Shown here: positions 38,200 through 46,554 of the stretch, piece after piece
Position numbering within the stretch: position 1 is the first letter of the stretch
How the letters are laid out: the number at the start of each line of letters is the position of its first letter
Source: Novakomyces olei
Lineage: Eukaryota
Direction of reading: 5' to 3'
Assembly: GCA_016906335.1 (NCBI GenBank)
Contig: JADEYG010000007.1
Location: 806,001-870,000, forward strand
DNA length: 64,000 bases
Translations under genes and position numbers: made by a program
Notes under the pieces: generated by a model
The model's database searches: none
Seen by the model: only the letters and a program-made list of their open reading frames with translations
What the model was told of the DNA's origin: nothing

Positions 38200-41100
38200 A
38201 AAGGCCTGATCTGGGCAAACAACAATTTAGGCCACCAGAAGTTATGACAGTTTTTACGGAACCGGACAAAGCAAAGCATCTGACTGTCGTCGTGAAAGTC
38301 AAGACAGAGGATGGAGAGTTGAACGCGAGAGCCCTGATTGACTCAGGAGCTACCTCTAATTTTATCAGCGAGAAACTCGCATCGCATGCTTTTATTAAGC
38401 TTACGGAGAAGAGCGAGACCGAGCCCATCAGAGTCGTTGATGGAAGGACAATCAAGTCAGGAGGTATTCGCTTTCACACCAGCGAGATGGATATATCAAT
38501 TGGCGAACATCGAGAAAGGATGACCTTCAATGTCATACCTCTTCGTGGATACGATGCTATCTTGGGCAAGCCATGGTTGGACAAGCATGAGCCTACGATC
38601 GGATGGAGTCGCGCAAACGTCGAGTTTAAGTCGAACTACTGTTTGGCGAACTGTTTGAAGTGCAGTACATTATCCGAATCCATGCAAGTCAGCGCAACCG
38701 AATTTGCAAGATTGGCTCGTAATGGAGAATCAGGTATTTTATGTGTGTACGCAACGGACGAGCAAGATATCAAGCCTCGCGTTACATTGCCTGGGTTCTA
38801 CGAGGGATATCGCGACCTATTTGAGAAGAAGAACGCGGACGTTTTGCCGAAACATCAACCTTGGGATCATGCGATACCCTTGGCCGAAAATGCAAAGCCG
38901 CCTTTTGGTCCGATCTACCCGCTCGCCGAACGCGAATTGCAAACGCTGAGAGATTATATCAAGGAAAACCTCGCTAAAGGTTTTATACGACCGTCGTCGT
39001 CGCCCGCGGGGGCGCCGATCTTATTTGTCAAAAAGAAAGATGGATCGCTTAGATTATGCGTTGACTATCGCGGTCTGAACGCAATCACTGTCAAAAACAG
39101 ATATGCATTACCGCTTATATCCGAACTTCTAGATCGCATTCGCCAAGCAACTATTTTTACGCGATTGGATCTTCGCGGTGCATATAATTTGGTTAGGATA
39201 CGAAAAGGCGACGAATGGAAAACGGCCTTTCGTACGAGGTACGGCCACTACGAGTACCAAGTCATGCCGTTTGGGCTTACGAATGCCCCGGCTTCGTTTC
39301 AAGCACTCGCCAACGACACTTTGCGAGATTGCCTGGATCGATATGTTGTCGTTTACTTGGACGATATACTGATTTACTCAAATACAGAGGAAGAACACGT
39401 GGAGCACGTGCGCGGAGTATTGGAGAGACTTCGCAAGGCAAATTTATTTGTCAAATTGGAGAAATGCGAATTCCATACCGACACAACGGAGTTTCTTGGC
39501 TTCGTGATTTCAACGAAAGGTGTGTCGATGGAAAATACGAAGGTCAAATCGATTGAAACATGGCCCGAGCCAAAGAATGTTAAGGAGGTTATGTCGTTCC
39601 TGGGACTGGCGAACTATTACCGAAGATTCATCGCCAACTACAGCAAGATTACGGTACCTCTTACCCGGCTTTTAAAGAAGGATACAAAGTTCGTGTTTAG
39701 CGACGAATGCAGGGAGTCATTCAATGCGTTGAAGGATGCATTCTTAGGCGCACCTATTCTTGTGCACTTTGATCCACAAAAGCCGAGCTTCTTGGAAACG
39801 GACGCCTCAGATTTTGCGATAGGCGGGATCCTTTCGCAAAAGGATGAAAACGGCGACACGAGACCAATCGCATTTTACTCGCGCAAGATGACAAGCGCAG
39901 AGACGAACTACGACATTCACGACAAGGAGCTATTAGCTATTGTTGTATGTCTTCGGGAATGGAGGGTATACTTGGAGAGTCCCCTTCACAAAACCACGAT
40001 ATACACGGATCATCGCAATCTTGTGTACTTTTGGACCGCGCGTGTCCTGAATAGACGGCAAATGCGCTGGTCGCAGTTACTTGCGTCTTACGATTTTGTG
40101 ATCGTGTATCGTGCGGGAAAGTTTAACCACAAGGCTGACTCCTTATCGCGAAGAAGCGATTACGTTAGCAGCGAAGAGGAGGAAAAGCCAGAACGAACAA
40201 TGGTGCTTTTGGACAAATCGCAATTTGTGTTTGCGATTGAGGACAACAAAACGCTGGCACAGGATATTAAGAAATGCTACGAGAAGGACAGCATTTGCAA
40301 AAATATTATTGAGGAGTTAAAGAGCAAGCCTCGTGCTGCTCATTTGGAGAACTATACAATAGACAAGGAAGGTCTGTTAATGTTCTCGGGTTTGATTTAC
40401 ATACCCAGAGACAACGATTTGCGATTATCAATCATGCAAGAATGTCATGATTCGCAGACTTCAGGTCACCCCGGACAGGCCAAGACGCTAGAGCTTGTGA
40501 CACGAAATTACTACTGGCCTAGGATGCGGAAGGACGTATTTAACTATGTGGACTCATGCGACACTTGCGCACGAAGTAAACCATCGCGTCATGCTCCTTA
40601 TGGTCTACTACATTCGTTGCGAGTGCCTACAAAGCCTTGGGAAAGCATTGCTATGGACTTCATTGTGAAGCTCCCGGTGTCAAGAGATGTCATCACAGGC
40701 AAAGACTACGACTCAATTTGGGTTATAGTATGTCGCTTTACGAAGATAGGCATCTTTGTACCAATATGCGAGACCATGAGCGCGAAAGAACTAGCATTGC
40801 TATACGCTCACAGAGTATTTGCTAACTTTGGACTGCCAGAAGAAATTATCTCAGATCGTGGATCAGTTTTCGTATCACATTTTACAAAGCATTTACTCGC
40901 ACATTGTGATATCAAGCAAAGGTTATCAACTGCGTACCATCCCCAGAGCGATGGACAAACGGAAAGGCTTAATCAGAGCCTCGAGCAATATTTGAGAATT
41001 TACAGCAATTACCAACAAACGAATTGGGTAAACTTGCTACCTTTTGCACAGTTCGCATATAACAATACTGAGCAATCATCAATAAAAGCGACCCCTAGTT

Positions 41101-41429
41101 ACGCTTTATATGGGTATCACCCCAAATGCCGTTTTACGATAGCAACAGCACGGCAGTGTCCATCGGCGGACAATCGGATTGATTTCTTGCGAACGCTACA
41201 TCGCCTTTTACAGATTGAGATCAAGCACGCCATTAGCGATCAAGCACGGTTTGCTAATACGCACCGTGTCGACAAGGATTTTGAAGTCGGCCAAAAAGTA
41301 TGGCTAGTGAGAAAGAACATCAGTACCACTAGGCCAAGCGACAAGTTGGATTACAAGAAAATTGGACCTTTTACAATCTTGGAACGTATCGGTTTACGTG
41401 CATACAAGTTGGATTACCGAACACGATGA
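38172..41429 (+). CDS. pol: Gypsy pol (PR-RT-RNaseH-IN), -1 frame relative to gag
   Basis: LIDSGAT (protease), MPFGLTNAP and YLDD (RT), TDAS/DHRNL (RNase H), HPG..C..C, MDF/SDRG/GQTER (integrase) and IGPF (GPY/F). Entry is probably via the slippery site at 38172-38178. Confidence 0.95.
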   Translation, partial: GKSERPGPMKRPDLGKQQFRPPEVMTVFTEPDKAKHLTVVVKVKTEDGELNARALIDSGATSNFISEKLASHAFIKLTEKSETEPIRVVDGRTIKSGGIRFHTSEMDISIGEHRERMTFNVIPLRGYDAILGKPWLDKHEPTIGWSRANVEFKSNYCLANCLKCSTLSESMQVSATEFARLARNGESGILCVYATDEQDIKPRVTLPGFYEGYRDLFEKKNADVLPKHQPWDHAIPLAENAKPPFGPIYPLAERELQTLRDYIKENLAKGFIRPSSSPAGAPILFVKKKDGSLRLCVDYRGLNAITVKNRYALPLISELLDRIRQATIFTRLDLRGAYNLVRIRKGDEWKTAFRTRYGHYEYQVMPFGLTNAPASFQALANDTLRDCLDRYVVVYLDDILIYSNTEEEHVEHVRGVLERLRKANLFVKLEKCEFHTDTTEFLGFVISTKGVSMENTKVKSIETWPEPKNVKEVMSFLGLANYYRRFIANYSKITVPLTRLLKKDTKFVFSDECRESFNALKDAFLGAPILVHFDPQKPSFLETDASDFAIGGILSQKDENGDTRPIAFYSRKMTSAETNYDIHDKELLAIVVCLREWRVYLESPLHKTTIYTDHRNLVYFWTARVLNRRQMRWSQLLASYDFVIVYRAGKFNHKADSLSRRSDYVSSEEEEKPERTMVLLDKSQFVFAIEDNKTLAQDIKKCYEKDSICKNIIEELKSKPRAAHLENYTIDKEGLLMFSGLIYIPRDNDLRLSIMQECHDSQTSGHPGQAKTLELVTRNYYWPRMRKDVFNYVDSCDTCARSKPSRHAPYGLLHSLRVPTKPWESIAMDFIVKLPVSRDVITGKDYDSIWVIVCRFTKIGIFVPICETMSAKELALLYAHRVFANFGLPEEIISDRGSVFVSHFTKHLLAHCDIKQRLSTAYHPQSDGQTERLNQSLEQYLRIYSNYQQTNWVNLLPFAQFAYNNTEQSSIKATPSYALYGYHPKCRFTIATARQCPSADNRIDFLRTLHRLLQIEIKHAISDQARFANTHRVDKDFEVGQKVWLVRKNISTTRPSDKLDYKKIGPFTILERIGLRAYKLDYRTR

Positions 41430-41719
41430 AAATACATCCTGTATTCCATGCTTCTTTATTGGAATCGTACAAGTCTACGTCTACGATTGTGCGACAGCAG
41501 ACAGCACCACCACCACCAATAATAATTGAGAATACACCAGAGTGGGAGGTAGAGAAAGTGTTGGACTCCAGGAAGCGAAGAAATAAATTGGAATATTTTG
41601 TACATTGGAAGGGATACGATAGTGCTAATCGCACTTGGGAGCCGGCAGGCAATTTGACAAATTGCGACGATTTAGTGAAAGAATTTCACAGATTACACCC
41701 GGCTAAGCCGAAGCTATGA
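41416..41719 (+). CDS. Integrase C-terminal chromodomain, out of frame with pol
   Basis: IHPVFHASLL followed by WEVEKVLDSRKRRNKLEYFVHWKGYDSANRTWEP; one inserted T at about 41414 would rejoin it to pol. Confidence 0.88.
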
Positions 41720-41931
41720 TGTTTACGTTAATCGCGATACAGGTTACGTCATTCAACTCACGTAATCTTACGCAATCGCGAGACTCAACTCTTGATTTTT
41801 GTTTACGACTGCGATATAATACACAATTCGCACTAGTTATTTATCGCTATTTGGAAATTTTTTTTTGAAAATGTATTAAAAATTATTAAAATCAAAACAA
41901 GATGTATCGCATATTTGAAGAATTTTGGCGC

Positions 41932-42363
41932 TCATTCCAAGCCGCGCAAAGCCGAAATTTCCGCTTTCAGCTCTAGGACCTGCTGACGGAGCGAATCGAT
42001 TTCGCGATCTTTAGCGGCCAATGCTCTTTCAACAGCAACCCCGAGGCCCTCAGACGAATCGGTTGCCGCGCATTGGGCGACTTCTACAACGGGCGTCGCA
42101 ACGCGAGGAACAGTGGAGGCCAACTTTGCCTTACGAGCGTTATCATACTTACGATACTCGCGCTCGACGATCGACCCGCGTATGCGCGAATTCAACAGGG
42201 TCGGCGACATAAACATCGCGCCCTCGCACTTGGTTTTACGCGCCGCACACGCTAAGCAGCGACGGACGCGAGGGATGGCTGTCATGAAGAACTCACAGCG
42301 CCTCCCCTGCGAAACACAATAGCCGCACGGCTTCTCGGACACAGTCACACGTGCAAGCGACAT
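41932..42363 (-). CDS. Antisense accessory ORF in the gypsy element: six-Cys zinc-cluster-like domain plus C-terminal coiled coil (143 aa)
   Basis: C-x2-C-x6-C-x12-C-x2-C-x6-C spacing; heptad-like IDSLRQQVLELKAEISALRGLE; ATG start, GC-rich relative to AT-rich flanks. Confidence 0.72.
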   Translation of the reverse strand: MSLARVTVSEKPCGYCVSQGRRCEFFMTAIPRVRRCLACAARKTKCEGAMFMSPTLLNSRIRGSIVEREYRKYDNARKAKLASTVPRVATPVVEVAQCAATDSSEGLGVAVERALAAKDREIDSLRQQVLELKAEISALRGLE

Positions 42364-42625
42364 CGCGTTCAGAACTGTCTTTGCGAACGCGACTGGATAC
42401 TATTTATCTTCGCGTTTTGCCTCTTTACCCCTCTGCAACAAAACGCGAACACCCCTTTTATTTTCCCATGCTATTCTATATGTTTATTTACGCGTTTACT
42501 GAGGAGAAAATATTATTGTGACACGCGGCAATTGAAATTAGCGTTATTTTGTTCGCCTTTCTATTTTTATGGAATATTTTATGTTTTGCGGGCGCGGGGA
42601 CCTCGCCCAAGGGAGGGGGGGATAC

Positions 42626-43264
42626 TGTCATGACTGTCATGATCCTCGCCTTGGCGAGTCCCTGACAACCGCGTTGGGAAGCGAGGGGCGACGCCTGTAG
42701 TCGGACTTGGGATGTCCGCGCGTCGCAAGCTTCGCCAACGCGGCCCAAGACCAGTCGGCGCGTAATGCGATGGTCTTGGGACGTAGAAGTTGTCTTAGTG
42801 CGCATGTAGGTACGCGCACTAAGCCAGCTTGGCCCACGGGAGCGAGGGGCTCCATGCACAATGTGCACGGACCTCGCTTCCCGTTCTCATTCTCGCACGC
42901 TAGCGAGTGCGACCCTTCGCACTCCGCTAGCGCGAGAACATTCATAGTTATTTCATAGATTAGTTTAGGCTGAGAGCTTCCCTCTCTAACTTGTGCGACC
43001 TTCGCATAAGTTAGCTTGGGAAGAGTAGTTTAGAATGCGAAGGAGCATCCGCTCCTCCGCAACTTAGTTTAGTTTATAGTTGCCCGTGAAGGCCTCTCGC
43101 CCTTCACGGGTTGATTATCTCAAAGTGGGAGTAATATATTATATTACTCCTGGTAAGCTTTACAGTAATCGCTTTCTGCTTTCCTGGTCTTTCTTATTCC
43201 TTTACTTTATTTAAACTATACACGGCCGGCCTCCAGCGATTGTAGCTGTAAGGACCGTCTTACA
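42626..43264 (+). repeat. Gypsy 3' LTR
   Basis: Preceded by the PPT and followed by TSD CTTTT. Confidence 0.97.
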
Positions 43265-44230
43265 CTTTTGTCAAATGTCCATATATTCTGCAATTGTTAC
43301 AGTATCTTGCGTTTTTCCCATTAGGATTCTTAAAGCAGTCATTTGTTTTGTGGCCATTCTTATCGCAGTAACCGCATTTGTTAACAGACTTTTTAGACTG
43401 TCTCTCAGCCTTATCGCTATATCCATTGTTTCCACTTTTGAAATTTTGATTTGATCTGTTGATATGATAGGTAGATTCTTCTCCTCGAACAGGAATATGG
43501 TGGGCTCCATTTCCGGAATAGGAAGTCTTATCCATTGTGTAATAAATTAGTTCATTATCGATAAGGTCAAGTAGATCAAATACGTGGGTCTCAGAATTAA
43601 TAGTGGAGCTCACGTTGTGTCGGATTGTATTTGCAATGTCGCGAGGTATTGCAGAAAGTATGCCGCAATAGGCAAAGTAGGTGAGTTCCGTGTAGCCGAG
43701 TCGAACTAAATTTACGATTTGTTTTCTGTATTCCGTAATAAAGTTTTCCGGGTCTCCATTCCATAGTTTCGACGGATTCATAAATTTTGATACAATGGAT
43801 TCGGTCACTTGATGCTTTCTTTTTTCGAATTCGGTGTCCAGTAGTTCAAATAGTTTTTGAGGGGTTTTGAGCCCTTCGATTCGGGGTCCAAGAAGATCCC
43901 CACTTATTGCTTCGACTAGTTCAGCCGTGACTATTAGTGTGCTCACATTCGACACTGTAGTTGTGTCGACAGAATTGTCTAGCAGCGATGAAAGGCCATG
44001 TAATTCAAGTCTATTTTTGATTTTAATTCTCCACTCCAGATAGGAATGCCAATCTTTCAATTGAGGGATGACTCCAAGAATAATAGTATTATTTCTGATG
44101 CTAGATGCCTGTCCGGGGGTGACATTGACATCAGCCATTTGAGCTTTGAATAAGAGAAATAGTTTTATTAAAAGACAGCGAGCGGTATCTTGAGTTTGAA
44201 ATTCAACAATCACCTTCCAGGCTCATAACC

Positions 44231-44445
44231 TGTTGAATATAGAAGGTTGGAATTTGCTCTTATGGTAGATTAAATGAATTAGATACTCTAGATTGCTTCA
44301 GCTGAATCCCCCCCGAGGGTGTGAGGGTTCGCTTGAGCTATATATATGTAACTATGTATTTTTGAGTGAGTATTCTGTAAAGCTAAAAGTCAAACAACTG
44401 ACACTCATGGTTGAGTTGTCTTAGCCGGTCAGTGAGTCGGCGAGT

Positions 44446-44537
<92 letters not shown>

Positions 44538-44564
44538 AGGGGATAATAGATTCATATTTCAACA
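44231..44564 (-). repeat. Copia 5' LTR (334 bp, contains (TAT)30)
   Basis: Followed on the minus strand by PBS GGTTATGAGCC at 44230-44220. Confidence 0.97.
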
Positions 44565-44767
44565 GTACCTAATCTTTCGGCAAGACGTGTGACTTAATAA
44601 ATCACGTAATATTTTATATCCTTAATAAAATAATCATGTTGTAGCCGTTTGGAAATCTAAAATAGACAACGATAATAAAGCTATAATTTAATCCTATATA
44701 TATCGCGGTTGTTGTTTACTGTTTATTTGCGTCGGCCGCGAGAGCAGAGTCCCCACTACCTTTTGTG

Positions 44768-46373
44768 ATGGCGTCCGCTTTTGAAAGCGCCATACGCATA
44801 AGTATAGCTGATAGTCGCTGTAATGCAGCAGTCGCTAAAGAGTTTCATCGAAGGGCGCGTATTTTATTGCGACAAGAGATGGGCAAAACTGAAGAGTTAC
44901 AAGCGGTAAATGATGAATTGCGCAAAGAAATGGCCTCGAAAATGCATAGCTTAGAGTCGCGTCTACTTTTAGAAATGGCCAAAGCTAGAGAAAAACACGA
45001 AAGCGCTTTAAATGAGCAGGTATTGTTGGCGCACATGTGATATTTATATATCTCTAAATCTCTTCATTTTTATTTTCTAACTGTTCTTCACAGAAATCGG
45101 AAGCAAAGAACTTGGCAGATGCGAAAGCCGCACTTACACAAGAAATGCAATCGGCTAAGCTTGAAATTCTTAGCCTTAAGCGAGAACTCCACACTGCAAG
45201 ACAAGCACCTCCCGCCAAGCGGGCTGCAACGGACGCGCTTGAGAAAACTATTGTCGACCTCAATGTAAGAAGTCGCCACTTTACGTGTTTTCGCAAGCTT
45301 TTTACTGACTGTTGAAGGCACAATTACGTAAACAAACGCAGGCTTCCAACGAGATGCAATGTGCTTTGAATAAAGCAGAATCCGACTTCGAGAAAAGGAG
45401 AAATGTGTTGGAGACCAAACTTGCGGCTGCAACAGAGAAAATCAAGTGTCTCAGCGATAAACCGTCAATGCGTTCTGTAGATAGTACTTCACCAATAAAA
45501 AGTCCAGGAACATTGAGACCGTCTATTGTTAATCGGAAACGTAAAGCTAACAGATCCTCGCAGTTTCATCTTGTGGAGCCTTCTATTTTATCACCTGTTA
45601 AGTCAACAGATTCAACGCCGCCAGTTAAGCGGCTCAAGTTTGATGCTCTTGGAAATTTCAACAAAAAGATTTCTCACAAGCCTGGTAATAAAGCTGCCCA
45701 GTCTGCCACGTCGGCTTTTAGCATGACGCCTTTCTTTGACAGGACAAAGTCGGTAGCGCCTCAAGATAAGCAAGGTTCGGCAACACCAAGCAAGAAGAGT
45801 TCAGAAACGCAATTTGGACAATCGGAAGCTCAGCAAGAAACGGAGCCTTTGCAAGAAGAAACTGCCACTGACGCAGATAAAGTCCGTAAACCTGCGGCTG
45901 GATCTAGTTCTGACGAAAATACTTCTCTAGCATCCAAATCTACCTTGCCATTGCAAGCGTCTGGGAGCTTGAACAAAGCTCCAGACGTGAAATTTTCTGG
46001 GGATTCTGGGTTTGGAAAGCTCTTTTTCAAGGCTGGCGGCGAAACCTCCTCTCTAGATTCGCCATCAGGAATGACCACAGGCATTTCTGTTGCTCAGAAC
46101 GGTACTGAAACAGACGGTCAGAAAAAGAAGCGGAAGCTTGGCAGACCTGCGAAATCCGCCAATATGCTGTTCTCTAATAGAGATGAAAATGGAATCGCGG
46201 ATTTTGGAACTGAAGCCGATAACCCGTCATCTTACACGGGACGGCCACTCAAGCGATTAGCACTAGCAAAACCCAATGACGAATCTAAATTTACGATCGT
46301 GCAAAGCCCAATCAAGAATCGCTCAGAGGCTGCTGTTAACGTCAAAAAGGCTTTTACTGTGGGACCTTCTTAG
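44768..46373 (+). CDS. Hypothetical protein: N-terminal coiled coil, S/T/P/K-rich disordered C-terminus with SP/TP sites and a basic KKKRK NLS-like motif
   Basis: ORFs 44765-45040, 45112-45315 and 45312-46373 can be joined by GT-AG introns (about 45020-45093 and 45264-45317). Start codon uncertain. Confidence 0.7.
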
Positions 46374-46554
46374 TCAGAATAGGTGGAAGGTTGCGGTTGA
46401 GGGAGTATGGTATCGCTGCATGAACAGAGCCATTGTGAACGATTTTTGGCATTTTTTTTTATCTATTTCCCCTTTTTTAAATTCTAGGATTTTGGATTTT
46501 TGGAATACTTTAGTAGATTTATTTGAACAAAATGAAATGCAATTATGGTAAATC

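Larger units (their letters stand above)
36292..43264 (+). mobile_element. Ty3/gypsy chromovirus (Tf1/sushi-like) LTR retrotransposon
   Basis: 639-bp TG...CA LTRs at 36292-36930 and 42626-43264 (no differences seen by eye); TSD CTTTT (36287-36291 and 43265-43269); PPT AAGGGAGGGGGGGA at 42609-42622; order gag, PR-RT-RH-IN-chromodomain. Confidence 0.98.
36204..44138 (-). pseudogene. gag: Copia gag, split by the gypsy insertion (44138-43265 joined to 36286-36204)
   Basis: Removing 36292-43264 plus one TSD restores a second zinc knuckle CNNCRIYGHLTKDC after CGYCDKNGHKTNDC; the frame then runs to the TGA at 36206-36204. Confidence 0.9.
32270..44564 (-). mobile_element. Ty1/copia LTR retrotransposon (interrupted by a nested gypsy element)
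   Basis: TGTTGAA...TTCAACA LTRs at 32270-32558 and 44231-44564; 5-bp TSD GTACC (32265-32269 and 44565-44569); PBS GGTTATGAGCC; PPT AAGGGGAG; domain order PR-IN-RT-RH. Confidence 0.97.

Noticed and set aside
44768-46373. Possible monopolin Mde4/Lrs4-like identity for the coiled-coil protein
   Set aside because: Only general architecture is similar; it cannot be supported without a profile search, so left unnamed.
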